DNA of 45,888 bases from the IMG/VR virus record IMGVR_UViG_3300010052_000193, positions 1-45,888 of that record; one strand, given 5' to 3'. Origin of the DNA: a virus. Taxonomy: Duplodnaviria > Caudoviricetes. The notes beneath the pieces are model-generated. The model was given only the letters and a program-made list of their open reading frames with translations. It was not told where the DNA came from and did not search any database. The translations under genes were made by a program, and so were the position numbers. Shown piece after piece: positions 1 to 9,128 of the stretch (the first letter of the stretch is position 1; the number at the start of each line of letters is the position of its first letter).

Positions 1-384
1 CTACCATTTCGGATCGTCCAACGGGCAATGCTCGCTCGCCATGCGGAGCTTGATCGACGTCTTACATCCGCACAGCCTGCATCTCTTCTGGTCGGCGTCG
101 TACTGGTCGCACGACTGGCAGATCGCGAGCCGTGCCCGATAGGCGTCGTCGTCCACACGCTGGAGGCCCGATGCCACGAACCGGCCCACGGCCTTGGCGA
201 GGCTGCCGGCCTGGGCGACGAGCGGCGGGTAATCGGCGGGGGGTTTGCCTTGAAGCTTGGCCGACTGACCGACCAGCCAGAGCCGTTCGGCGTCGGAACC
301 GTCGGCGAACTTGCACGCGAACGCCTGCCCTGGACTCTCGGCGATGCACAGCCCGGCGATCGGGCAACCCGCGCACTTGCTCAT
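1..384 (-). CDS. Cys-rich small protein with DUF6171-like C-terminus (127 aa, MSKCAGCP...)
   Basis: ATG at 384 overlaps the upstream stop (TAATG); motif RLAICQSC...CRLCGC..K....CP...KW. Confidence 0.75.
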   Translation of the reverse strand: MSKCAGCPIAGLCIAESPGQAFACKFADGSDAERLWLVGQSAKLQGKPPADYPPLVAQAGSLAKAVGRFVASGLQRVDDDAYRARLAICQSCDQYDADQKRCRLCGCKTSIKLRMASEHCPLDDPKW

Positions 385-1535
385 TACGGCTCCGATAGGA
401 CGACGGTCCCGGTGTAGGTGTCCCCGGAGAAGACGGCCGACGCGTCGCCGGGGCCGTAGCCGTTGCCGCTGGCGAAATGGAACGTGATGTTGAGCGGGAA
501 CACGCTGTTGATCGTGTAGGACGACGGCGCGTGGGGCTCGTTCGGGTCGGCTTCGAAGACGTTGGAGCAATCCGTCACGAGTCGCCACTGCCGACGGGAG
601 TCGGCCGGGGAGCATGGACTTCCGGGGTCGCAAGCGTCGGCCCGGTACAGGAGCGACGGGCCGATCTGACTCTTGACCGCGAAGAAATACCCGACGTAGT
701 TGATCGGGTCCGTGGCCATCCCCAATTGGAGACGCCACGCGATCCCGGTGTCGTTGTTGCCGATGTCGTCCGGGGGCAGGGACGCCGATCCGCCGATGCA
801 CGTACAGGTCTTGGCGTTGCCGGTGGGGGAGACGTCCGACAGGTTGCGGATCACGCACGTCTGATCGTCGCACGCCGCGACCTCGAACGATCCATTATCG
901 TCGGTCAGAATCAGGGTCGACGTCACGGGGAACGGCGTGTCGCCCAAGGCTCCGCAGCAGGTGTATCCGTCGGACGCCGCGAGGTTTCTTGCAACCCCGG
1001 TCGCCTCGCACAAGCTGGGGACCGACAGGCTTCCCGACGCCGATTGAAGGCGGCCGTTCGGGGGCGTGATCGTCCAGGCCGTGGTGCCGGTGTGCGAGAT
1101 CGGGATGGCGCAATTTCCGTCGCCATCGGTCACGGCGGACCCCGAATTCGCCCCCGAAATCGTGCAGGTCGCACCCGGCAAGGGACTCCCATTGCAGCCC
1201 CCAACGGTGAACTCGAAGAAAGCCCCCTCGGAACAATTGATCGCCCCGGCGAATACCTCCGTGTCGTCGCCGCAAGCGATGTCGACCGACTTACTCAGAG
1301 ACGAACATCCTTCCTTCGTGGCCGAGACCGAGTAGTGCCCCGGCGGGATGTCCTCGAAGCACACGCCGCTCGTCTCGCCCGTATTCGCCGATGCGGTGTA
1401 TCCCGGCTTGCTGATCGTGACATCGACGTTGTGAGACTCCGTGAAGTCGCACACAGCCCCGACGGTCACGCACATCCGGGTCGGGACGTCGCACGGGGGG
1501 CCGCACCGGCATTTGCAAGGTCCGAACAGAGGCAT
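384..1535 (-). CDS. Cys-rich putative tail fibre/receptor-binding protein with carboxypeptidase-regulatory-like (Ig/PEGA-type) segments
   Basis: About 23 Cys in 383 aa; motifs IPPGHYSVSATKEG and PLPGATCTI..AVTDGDG; lies distal to the tape measure gene. Confidence 0.6.
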   Translation of the reverse strand: MPLFGPCKCRCGPPCDVPTRMCVTVGAVCDFTESHNVDVTISKPGYTASANTGETSGVCFEDIPPGHYSVSATKEGCSSLSKSVDIACGDDTEVFAGAINCSEGAFFEFTVGGCNGSPLPGATCTISGANSGSAVTDGDGNCAIPISHTGTTAWTITPPNGRLQSASGSLSVPSLCEATGVARNLAASDGYTCCGALGDTPFPVTSTLILTDDNGSFEVAACDDQTCVIRNLSDVSPTGNAKTCTCIGGSASLPPDDIGNNDTGIAWRLQLGMATDPINYVGYFFAVKSQIGPSLLYRADACDPGSPCSPADSRRQWRLVTDCSNVFEADPNEPHAPSSYTINSVFPLNITFHFASGNGYGPGDASAVFSGDTYTGTVVLSEP

Positions 1536-1538
1536 GCG

Positions 1539-1901
1539 TCATCCCCCCGATGGGCAGTCGGCGTTGATCAGCCACCACTGGCCGCTGATCCACGCGACGA
1601 AACAGGCCGTGTCTTCGGCCACGTCTTCGTCGAGCGTGAACTGGTTGAAGCAGTCGACCGGATCGCCGGACTCGACCCACGCTTCGGCCGAACGATCGTA
1701 GTGGTAGATTTGGACCTGGCCCATGCCCGGCGAGTCGAACGTCCCGGTCGGGATGGCGGTCGTACACTTCGCCCGCAACACGCCGGGGTTCCAGTTGTCA
1801 ACCTTCCCCCGACGCTGGTCGGGCGTGTAGTCGCCCTCGGACCGCTTCACGGCCTTGGAGATCCGCTTGCCCTGCGCGGGCGTGACGCCGATCCAACGCA
1901 T
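1539..1901 (-). CDS. Putative tail-tip protein (120 aa, MRWIGVTPAQGKRI...)
   Basis: ATG at 1901 overlaps the upstream TGA (TGATG); position in the tail operon. Confidence 0.65.
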   Translation of the reverse strand: MRWIGVTPAQGKRISKAVKRSEGDYTPDQRRGKVDNWNPGVLRAKCTTAIPTGTFDSPGMGQVQIYHYDRSAEAWVESGDPVDCFNQFTLDEDVAEDTACFVAWISGQWWLINADCPSGG

Positions 1902-2836
1902 CAGACGCCCCCCGTGATCGTGAACAGGTCGTCCGGCAGGCCGAAGAACGAGAAGTCGGCCGTGGGATAGACGTCGAACGACAGGAAGCCCTGCTCTTCG
2001 TCGGGCTTGTACTCGCCCTTCGACGTCAGCGGGACCGGGGCCGACACCGGCGAGCCGTCCACGATGATCTTCCTGATCACGCCGCCCGTCTTCTCGCGCA
2101 GCCCGGCGTTCAGGACGACCTCGGCCCATCCGTTCTCGACGACCGTGCCGTCGTCGGCCGTGCGGATCGGCTTGAAGGCGAAGGCCAGCGTCTGCCCCCA
2201 CTGGTAGCCGAAGTCGGAATGGAAGACCCGGTCGCCGGTCAATTCCTTGCAAAGCACGGTGCCGGCCGGGAAGCCCATCCAGTCGAAGGCGTTGATGTGG
2301 TCCTGGTAGTCGAACACCCAGTTGGGGTCGAAGGTCGCCAGGGTCCGCGAGACGGTCGCGATGGGCACGGTGTAGGGCCGCACGAGGACCGGGTCGAACG
2401 GGTCGCCGACGACGTTGGAGATCCGCTTGCCGTTCCGGTCGTAGATGCAGGCGATCTCCATGCGTTCGCTGCCCCAGCGGACCGCCGGGGGGGCGAGGAT
2501 CGGGTTGACCGTGAACGTGTTGTCGGCCTGAGCCCCGTCCTGGTCGACCGGCTTATGCTGGGTGAAATCCAGCGTGACGATGTACGACCGCCCGTCCTCG
2601 GCCTCCTTGTCGACGGAGACGCCGGTCAGGGTCGAACCGAAGTCGACCTCGGTCGGGTCCGTCAGCGGGAAACGGTAGGGCGAGCCGACGTCCATGCTGC
2701 ACGCGAGCGCCGCCGCCCTCGGGCCGATCGCGACGTCGTCGGTCACGACGCGGACCTGCAACGTGTAGTTCCGGCCCCCGTCGACGGACCAGTTGAGCCG
2801 CCCGGATTGTTTCGTCTCGTCGACCTTGATGGGCAT
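1901..2836 (-). CDS. Putative distal tail/tail-tip protein (311 aa)
   Basis: First gene after the tape measure; beta-rich composition. Confidence 0.65.
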   Translation of the reverse strand: MPIKVDETKQSGRLNWSVDGGRNYTLQVRVVTDDVAIGPRAAALACSMDVGSPYRFPLTDPTEVDFGSTLTGVSVDKEAEDGRSYIVTLDFTQHKPVDQDGAQADNTFTVNPILAPPAVRWGSERMEIACIYDRNGKRISNVVGDPFDPVLVRPYTVPIATVSRTLATFDPNWVFDYQDHINAFDWMGFPAGTVLCKELTGDRVFHSDFGYQWGQTLAFAFKPIRTADDGTVVENGWAEVVLNAGLREKTGGVIRKIIVDGSPVSAPVPLTSKGEYKPDEEQGFLSFDVYPTADFSFFGLPDDLFTITGGV

Positions 2837-2845
2837 GTCGGGACC

Positions 2846-4351
2846 TCAGAGCGAAAGGGGGACGAGCGTCGGCCCCTTGGCGACGGCCTTGTGGATGTCC
2901 TTCAGGACCGCGACGGATTCCTTGACGCCGTCCGCCGTGTCCTTGGTGTTCTTGGCGGTCTGGTCCTTGTCGCCGCCCGAGCCGTATCGGCTGCGCAGGA
3001 TCGCGGACGCCGCCTCGACGGACCCCAACCGCAGGGCCTCGCCGAAGACCTTCGACGACTTGGATTTGCTCGACGACTCGCCGCCCTCGCCGCCGCCCAG
3101 CACCTTGCCGGCGAGCGACGCGACCGCGTTCGGCGTCCTGGCGGCCTCGGCCTGGAAGTCCTTGACCTTGTTGCGGACGGCCTCGAACTGCTCGCCCACG
3201 GCCTTGAAGGCCCACGGCTTGGCCATCTCGGCGGCGAACGCCCGGCGGGCCTCGGACAGTTCGTCCTTCAGGGCGTCGGAGAAGCCCCCGAGCCGCTTGC
3301 CGATCCCGGTGGACGTCCCGAAGATCGCCTCGGCGACGTCGTCCCAGACCTTCGCGAACTCGGCCGCACCCGACACGAGGACGTTGAAGACTTCCTGGAA
3401 CACGAGCTGCCCCGACTGGAACGCCAGCGAGACGCCCTGCCAGGCCGTGGCCAAACTTCCGACCGCGACTTCCACGAGGTTGACGCTCGTGAGAGCCCCG
3501 CCGAGGCTGCCCGTCCAGCCGAAGATGGATTCCTTCGACTGGTCCCACATCGCGGTGATGGCCGCGATGGACGTGTTGATCCCGCCGAGGACCCGGCCGG
3601 CGATCGGGGACAGCCCCTCGCCCAGCGTGGTGATCAGGTTCTCGAACCGGCCCGACAGGCTTTCGATCTGGGCCGCCGTGCCGCCCGCCGTCTCGGCCGC
3701 GTTGCCCTGGGCGTCGGCTAGCCCCTTGGTGATGAGCGACGCCGAGGCGGCGATCTTGGCCGTGTCGCTGATGTCCTCGCCGGCCTTCGCGACGCCGAGG
3801 GCCAACGCCTCGGCCTTGATCTTGTCGGCCGTCAGGAAGACCCCGAAGTCGCGCAGGGGTTCGGCTTCTCCCGCCAACCCGGAGCGGATCTTCTGGAAGG
3901 CCACGTCGAACGGGACGTTGAAGAACCGCGAGGCGTCGAGGGCGAGGCGGTTGAACTGCTTGGACAGGCCGGCGACCTCGGCGTCGCCGAAGCCGGCCCC
4001 CTTGAAGAGGCCGCCCAGCTTGCCGGCCGAGTCGAGCATGCCGTTGAGGGACACGCCGAACGCGTCGGCCATCTGGCGGGCGTCGGCCTCGACCGACTTG
4101 CCCTGCTCGCCGAAGATCGCGCCGATCTTGCCGACGTTCTCCGCCAGGTCGCTGGACGACTTGACCATCTTGCCGATGGCCAGGGCGCCGGCCGCGCCGA
4201 TCGCCGCACCGAACGCGCCCTTGACCAACGTCGACGTCTTCACGACCTGCGAGCTGAACGACGCGACGGCCGACGACGCCTGGCCGAGGTCCCTCTTGAG
4301 GGGGCCGGGGTTGGCCGACATGCGCAGGGCGATCGATCCGATGATGGCCAT
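2846..4351 (-). CDS. Tail tape measure protein (501 aa, MAIIGSIALRM...)
   Basis: Ala/Gly-rich helical protein; LALDASRFFN..AFQKIRSGLAGEAEPLRDFG is a typical TMP segment; ATG 4351 overlaps upstream TGA. Confidence 0.88.
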   Translation of the reverse strand: MAIIGSIALRMSANPGPLKRDLGQASSAVASFSSQVVKTSTLVKGAFGAAIGAAGALAIGKMVKSSSDLAENVGKIGAIFGEQGKSVEADARQMADAFGVSLNGMLDSAGKLGGLFKGAGFGDAEVAGLSKQFNRLALDASRFFNVPFDVAFQKIRSGLAGEAEPLRDFGVFLTADKIKAEALALGVAKAGEDISDTAKIAASASLITKGLADAQGNAAETAGGTAAQIESLSGRFENLITTLGEGLSPIAGRVLGGINTSIAAITAMWDQSKESIFGWTGSLGGALTSVNLVEVAVGSLATAWQGVSLAFQSGQLVFQEVFNVLVSGAAEFAKVWDDVAEAIFGTSTGIGKRLGGFSDALKDELSEARRAFAAEMAKPWAFKAVGEQFEAVRNKVKDFQAEAARTPNAVASLAGKVLGGGEGGESSSKSKSSKVFGEALRLGSVEAASAILRSRYGSGGDKDQTAKNTKDTADGVKESVAVLKDIHKAVAKGPTLVPLSL

Positions 4352-4770
4352 CAGCCGTCCTCCACGATCTCGTCGACGCCCTTCTTGATCTCCCGGAGGG
4401 CGACGTCCTTCGACGCCTCGCCCCGGTGCGAGAAGGCTTCGAGCATGAACGGATTCGGGTCCATGTGGTTGTCGAGATTGGGCCGCCCGTACTCGACCTG
4501 GGCCGGGTAGTAGTGCTCCCCGGCGTACCACTTCTCCCGGGGGCGGACTTCGAGGGCGATCGTCCCGCGTTTCTTCCTGCCCAGGGCGGGGAGGATGGCC
4601 AGGCTGTCGCGGAGCTTCCCGCCGTCGACGGGGGCGTCGGCCTTACACTCGTCGAGGAGGGGCTTGAGCCCCTTCCGAATGGACTGACGCAAGACCTTTC
4701 GTTCGACCTTGCCGCCGAGCTGTTCGAGGGCCTTGACGATCTCGTTCGCCCCGGTGATCTCGATCTTCAT
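4351..4770 (-). CDS. HK97 gp10-like tail-completion protein (139 aa)
   Basis: KADAPVDGGKLRDS and YYPAQVEYG...HMDPNPFMLEAF motifs. Confidence 0.85.
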   Translation of the reverse strand: MKIEITGANEIVKALEQLGGKVERKVLRQSIRKGLKPLLDECKADAPVDGGKLRDSLAILPALGRKKRGTIALEVRPREKWYAGEHYYPAQVEYGRPNLDNHMDPNPFMLEAFSHRGEASKDVALREIKKGVDEIVEDG

Positions 4771-5072
4771 AGGGTCTGATCCTGCACCGTGAAGGTGGTC
4801 CGCATCGCCGCCGCGAGGGCCTTGACGGAGTCCTCGGCCGACAACGCTTCGGGCCGGGTCGCCCTCGGGTAGAAGTCTTCGACCGTGTAACGACGATTGC
4901 CGCCGGCCATCGCGTTGGCGACGACGGCCGAAATCTGGGCGGCGTCCCAATGGGCGTCCGGCATGACCCGGATTTTCCTGTAGGCCATCCACTCGCTGAT
5001 CTGACGGCTCGGCATCGCCTCGATCTCGTCGATCGACTTGTGGAGCATCACCGCGAGATCGAGCATGAACAA
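4767..5072 (-). CDS. Tail assembly chaperone, frameshift extension (gpT-like)
   Basis: LA..L.KSIDEIEAMPSRQISEWMAY motif; in the -1 frame of the upstream chaperone. Confidence 0.8.
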   Translation of the reverse strand: MFMLDLAVMLHKSIDEIEAMPSRQISEWMAYRKIRVMPDAHWDAAQISAVVANAMAGGNRRYTVEDFYPRATRPEALSAEDSVKALAAAMRTTFTVQDQTL

Positions 5073-5086
5073 GCGGAGCGGATGGC

Positions 5087-5419
5087 TCAGGAGTTTTTTG
5101 CCAGCTCGTCCACGTCCGCTTCGGAGATCCGGTTGAGGTCGATCGCCGCCTTGGCGACGTCGTCCAGGACGAAGGCCGGGAGGTCCGTCAACGCGGCGAC
5201 GTCGGCGGGTCCGAAGATCAGGACGCCGCCCGAATCGCAGGCGGTCGCCGCCGCGATCCGAGCCCGGAAGTCCTTCTCCCCGGACCGGACGTGCTCGGCC
5301 TCGAAGCGGTCCCGCTCTCCCGCCGTCATCTGCTTGACGAAGACGGAGTCGCCGAGGGCCGGGACCTTGACCTCGCGGACCTCGGGCTTGAGGGCGAAGA
5401 AACTCTCTCGCGTGAGCAT
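5087..5419 (-). CDS. Tail assembly chaperone (gpG-like)
   Basis: Follows the major tail protein; VFVKQMTAGERDRFE motif; ends ELAKNS over a slippery site. Confidence 0.85.
   Translation of the reverse strand: MLTRESFFALKPEVREVKVPALGDSVFVKQMTAGERDRFEAEHVRSGEKDFRARIAAATACDSGGVLIFGPADVAALTDLPAFVLDDVAKAAIDLNRISEADVDELAKNS
5093..5099 (-). other. -1 programmed ribosomal frameshift heptamer A AAA AAC
   Basis: GCA AAA AAC TCC TGA; a -1 shift reads AAA AAA CTC CTG AGC CAT CCG CTC CGC TTG TTC ATG into ORF 4767-5072. Confidence 0.85.
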
Positions 5420-5429
5420 CGGTGAATCC

Positions 5430-5855
5430 TCAGCTGGCGGTCGTGACGGCCACGGTCCCGGTGATCTTGATCGTGAGCGACGCCGTGACCTTGTCTTCCG
5501 GGCCGCCGCCGCCGACCTCCATCCCGGTGGGGAAGCCGTCGAACGTGAAGAGCGTGGCGTGGGTGGCCGTCGGGAAGGTGATCTGCCACGACGCCACGGC
5601 CGGCGTCTCGATGAGCGTCTTCAGGGCGGTGTGCCCCGCGTCGGCGGGGTCGAAGTTCAGGTCGAACTTCATCTCGCCCGAGTCCGTGATGCCGGGTCGA
5701 TATTGCTTCGCGACGTCCGTGAGGACCGTGGTCTCGATCGATGCCACCTGGAAGGTCGGCCCGGAGAAGGAGACGACCTGTGCGACGAGGGCGTAATCGG
5801 CGTCGCCGCTCTTCTTGAGGCCGATGGTGGTCTGGGAGGCGATGTACGTGGCCAT
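5430..5855 (-). CDS. Major tail tube protein (141 aa, MATYIASQTT...)
   Basis: SFSGP...IETT.L....QYRPGITDSGEMKFDLNFDP...ASLTIKITG, lambda gpV-like. Confidence 0.85.
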   Translation of the reverse strand: MATYIASQTTIGLKKSGDADYALVAQVVSFSGPTFQVASIETTVLTDVAKQYRPGITDSGEMKFDLNFDPADAGHTALKTLIETPAVASWQITFPTATHATLFTFDGFPTGMEVGGGGPEDKVTASLTIKITGTVAVTTAS

Positions 5856-5866
5856 TGCGGCTCCTG

Positions 5867-6352
5867 TCAGGTGCGGTGGACGACCGTGAACGAAAGATTG
5901 ACGCGGAAGGTGTAGGTGTCGGTCCCGTTGCGGGGGTAGTCCGGCAGGTCGGACTCGTCTTCCAGGAAGCAGCCGAGGATGACGACTTGACCGATCGTCC
6001 CGCCGAATCCGTCGAAGGCCTGGCGGACCAGCGACGCCAGGGATGCGGCTTCCAGTTCGGTCCTCGACCAGCAATCGACCTGCCACGTCGCGGTCGAGAG
6101 GCCGCTCGGCCCCGACAGGTCGTGGTCGAAGGACCGCGAGGAGATGGAGTGCGTGACCGCCGGGAACGACGGAATCGATGCGGATTGGGGGCGGGCGTTG
6201 AAGTAGATCCGATCGGCCGTCGACGCCGCCAGGCCTTCGATGGACGCGAGCCGTGCGTGCAACGCCTCGCGCAAGGTCGCCGGCCCGGTGGGCGGGGGCG
6301 GTGCGCCGCCGACGCCCATGCCGAGTTGATAGGCCCAGAGGAGGAGGTTCAT
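5867..6352 (-). CDS. Tail terminator (DUF3168/gp17-like)
   Basis: DRIYF..RPQ...FPAVT...WQVDCWS motifs; directly upstream of the major tail protein. Confidence 0.8.
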   Translation of the reverse strand: MNLLLWAYQLGMGVGGAPPPPTGPATLREALHARLASIEGLAASTADRIYFNARPQSASIPSFPAVTHSISSRSFDHDLSGPSGLSTATWQVDCWSRTELEAASLASLVRQAFDGFGGTIGQVVILGCFLEDESDLPDYPRNGTDTYTFRVNLSFTVVHRT

Positions 6353-6356
6353 GGGC

Positions 6357-7718
6357 TCAGACCTCGCAGTAGACCAGCTCGCCGCCGACCGCGACGGCCG
6401 CCGAGAGGTTGAGGTTGAGGGCCTCGCCCGCCGCCGTCTCGAAGATCCCGACCGGGCAATAGGCCCCGCCGGCCGACGCGAACTGCGTCAGGTAGCGCGG
6501 GCCGGTGACGTCGGTCGTGTTGGACCGGAACTTCACGTTGACCGTGCCGTTGGACGCGAGGCCCCAACGGAGGACCCGGATCTTCTTGCCGGACACCAGG
6601 GCGACGATCGAGTTGTCGCCCGAGCTGGACGCGACGATCTTGGCGAACTTCGGCGTCAACGCCGTGGTGCCGTTGTAGATCGTGCTGGTGTCGTTTCCGG
6701 CGGACGCCTTTCCGATGAGGTTGGTCCCGGCCGCCACGCCCACCGGGTTGGTGATCGTGCCGACCGTGGTGACGCTCGTCACGGTCCCCACCGTGGTCAC
6801 CGTCGCCAACGTCTGGGCCGACGCGATGTTGACCGTGGCCAGGAGGCTGGCCGCGTTGCTCTGGGCGACGACGACCGGGTTCGTGACGCCCGTCAGCGTC
6901 GTGACCGTGCCGACGTTCCAGGTGCCCGACTGCGTCGCACCGACCGTCCACGTCCCGCTCTGGGTAGACGCCACGGGGTTGGTGATCGTGCCGACGGTCG
7001 TCACGTTGGCGAGGGTCTGCGTGGCCGAGAGGCCGACGGTCCACGTCCCCGATTGCGTGACCGCGACGGGGTTGGTGATCCCGGTCACGGCCGTGACGGT
7101 GGAGACGGTCCCGACGTTCCACGTACCCGATTGGGTCGCGGCCACCGTCCAGCTTCCGCCCTGGGACGCGGTGCAGAGCAGGTTGGCCGCCGTGCCCTGT
7201 GCGACCGTCACCGCACCCGTGACGCCGACGTTCCACGAACCGCTCTGCGTGGCGGCCACCGGGTTCGTGATGCTGGTGACGGCGGTCACGGTCGACACCG
7301 TGCCCACGTTCCAAGTCCCGCTCTGCGTGGCCGCCACGGTCCACGAGCCGCCCTGTTGCACGGTGGCGTTCAGGTTGGACGCCGTGCCCTGGACGATCGT
7401 CACGGGGTTCGTGATGCTGGTCACGGTCGTGAGCGTCTGGTCCTCGGCGAGGTAGGCCAACGCCTGGAGGTCGCCGGGCGTTGCGTTGTTACAGAGCACC
7501 GGGCCGACGATGGAATCGACGACGATCGTCCCCGTCAGCGTGGCCGCGACGGGCAACCTGTTGGTCGTCGACACGTCCAGGAGGACGTTCGCGCCGGGGC
7601 TGATCGTGGTGGCGTACGCCAGTGCGGAGACGCCGTACTCGATCCCGTCCGCCGTCGCCAGCGAACGGATGGTCGCGCCGTCGTTCGTCCCGGCGGAAAG
7701 TCTTACGTTGTCGGCCAC
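6357..7718 (-). CDS. Repetitive Thr/Val-rich fibre protein (putative neck/collar fibre)
   Basis: Many TQSG(T/S)W(N/T)V and VT.VT.ITNPV repeats between non-repetitive ends. Confidence 0.7.
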   Translation of the reverse strand: MADNVRLSAGTNDGATIRSLATADGIEYGVSALAYATTISPGANVLLDVSTTNRLPVAATLTGTIVVDSIVGPVLCNNATPGDLQALAYLAEDQTLTTVTSITNPVTIVQGTASNLNATVQQGGSWTVAATQSGTWNVGTVSTVTAVTSITNPVAATQSGSWNVGVTGAVTVAQGTAANLLCTASQGGSWTVAATQSGTWNVGTVSTVTAVTGITNPVAVTQSGTWTVGLSATQTLANVTTVGTITNPVASTQSGTWTVGATQSGTWNVGTVTTLTGVTNPVVVAQSNAASLLATVNIASAQTLATVTTVGTVTSVTTVGTITNPVGVAAGTNLIGKASAGNDTSTIYNGTTALTPKFAKIVASSSGDNSIVALVSGKKIRVLRWGLASNGTVNVKFRSNTTDVTGPRYLTQFASAGGAYCPVGIFETAAGEALNLNLSAAVAVGGELVYCEV

Positions 7719-7722
7719 GTCG

Positions 7723-8886
7723 TTATCCTTCGACCTGGAAGATGTAGGTATTGGTCGGCACGCCGAACGCGTCCCTTTCCAGGGCGCCGGCCGAGGGAGT
7801 GCCGGGCCTCGTCTGGCTCCAGGCGTCGACGCTCGGCGGCGTCCCGTAGTTCCCCGCCGCGAGCATGGGGCTCGTCGCCGAGGGCTCGCCCCAGGGCCGG
7901 GGATTGCCGCCGAGGATCCGCTCGTCGTGGACGTTGAACGCGGGGCACGCCGACTGGATCGAGTGCGCCCCGGACGACACGTTCGTCAGGTTGGCGAAAC
8001 AGGCCCCGAAGACGTTGCCGTCCTCGACCACCTGCCCCGACGTGGTCGCGACGACGGCGTTACAGCAGAGGTTGAAGGTATTGCCGTACACCCCGATGGG
8101 GGTCGTCAGGGCGGGGTTGTTGCCGACGTGGACGCCGCGAAAGCAGAACCAGAATCCGTTCTGCTGGATGGCGATCCCGGTCCCCCAGTTCGAGCCGCTG
8201 CCGCCGTTCTGGACGACCTGGATGGCCCCCGGAGCACCGAAGAAATTGCAATTCTGGATCAGGACGTTGACGTTGTACTCGGACGAGTTGAGCGGCAGCC
8301 GGATCTGGAGGCCGAAGAAGGTCGACGATTGGCCCACTCCCACGAAGTCGCATCGCTTGAACGTGCAGTTGAGGGCCGTCCCGGCCGTGGCGTCCAGGCG
8401 TCCGAGCCCCGGCCTGGTGGACGACCCGACGAAGATGCAATCCTCGAAGTTCCAATTCGACGGCGTCCCGGTGATGTTGAAGCAGCCCACGCCCGAACCG
8501 TTGCTGCTGATCAGCTTGACGTTCTTGACGGTGACGTAACTCTTGCCCGAAGCACTGAGCACGTCGCCGGTCGTCATCGCCGTGACGTCGTCGGTCCAGC
8601 CCCGGATCTCCACGTCGCCCGTCGTCCCCGCGCCGCCGTTGTTCGAGTACAGCACCCCGTCCTTGTCGCCCACGATCGTGAGCGTGCCGCTGGCCGTCGG
8701 CGAGACCGACACCGTCACCAGCTCGCGATAGATCCCGGGGGCCAGCACGAGGGTGTTGGGATTGGCCGAGTCGAGGGCGAAGATCCCCGACGATCCGATC
8801 GCCTTGCCGATCGTCTTCACGGGATTCGTGGCGGTCCCGGTCCCGGTCGAGTCGTCGCCGGTCGGGCTGACGAAGAAGAGAGCCAC
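7723..8886 (-). CDS. Right-handed beta-helix (pectin-lyase-like, DUF1565-type N-terminus) virion appendage
   Basis: FVSPTGDDSTGTGTATNPVKTIGKAI...LAPGIYRE, Asn/Cys-ladder repeats and C-terminal PSAGALE. Confidence 0.75.
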   Translation of the reverse strand: MALFFVSPTGDDSTGTGTATNPVKTIGKAIGSSGIFALDSANPNTLVLAPGIYRELVTVSVSPTASGTLTIVGDKDGVLYSNNGGAGTTGDVEIRGWTDDVTAMTTGDVLSASGKSYVTVKNVKLISSNGSGVGCFNITGTPSNWNFEDCIFVGSSTRPGLGRLDATAGTALNCTFKRCDFVGVGQSSTFFGLQIRLPLNSSEYNVNVLIQNCNFFGAPGAIQVVQNGGSGSNWGTGIAIQQNGFWFCFRGVHVGNNPALTTPIGVYGNTFNLCCNAVVATTSGQVVEDGNVFGACFANLTNVSSGAHSIQSACPAFNVHDERILGGNPRPWGEPSATSPMLAAGNYGTPPSVDAWSQTRPGTPSAGALERDAFGVPTNTYIFQVEG

Positions 8887-9125
8887 TACACTACCCCCTT
8901 GGCGAGCTTGACGAGGTCCACGGCCTGGCTCCGCACGACGTCCGCGAGGGCTCCGGGGGGGAGCGAGGCGAGGAGCTGCGACGCGTGGACGGCGTTCTCG
9001 CCGCCGAAGTCGTACACCGTCTCGCCGGTGGCGGGGTCGATGAACTCCAGGTCGATCAGGAAGTCGTCGGCGAACGTCACCGTCACCGGGCCGGCCACGG
9101 GCGTCATCTGGAATCGGATGTTCAT
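8886..9125 (-). CDS. Small hypothetical virion-cluster protein (79 aa)
   Basis: Translationally coupled ORF in the late operon. Confidence 0.6.
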   Translation of the reverse strand: MNIRFQMTPVAGPVTVTFADDFLIDLEFIDPATGETVYDFGGENAVHASQLLASLPPGALADVVRSQAVDLVKLAKGVV

Positions 9126-9128
9126 GCG

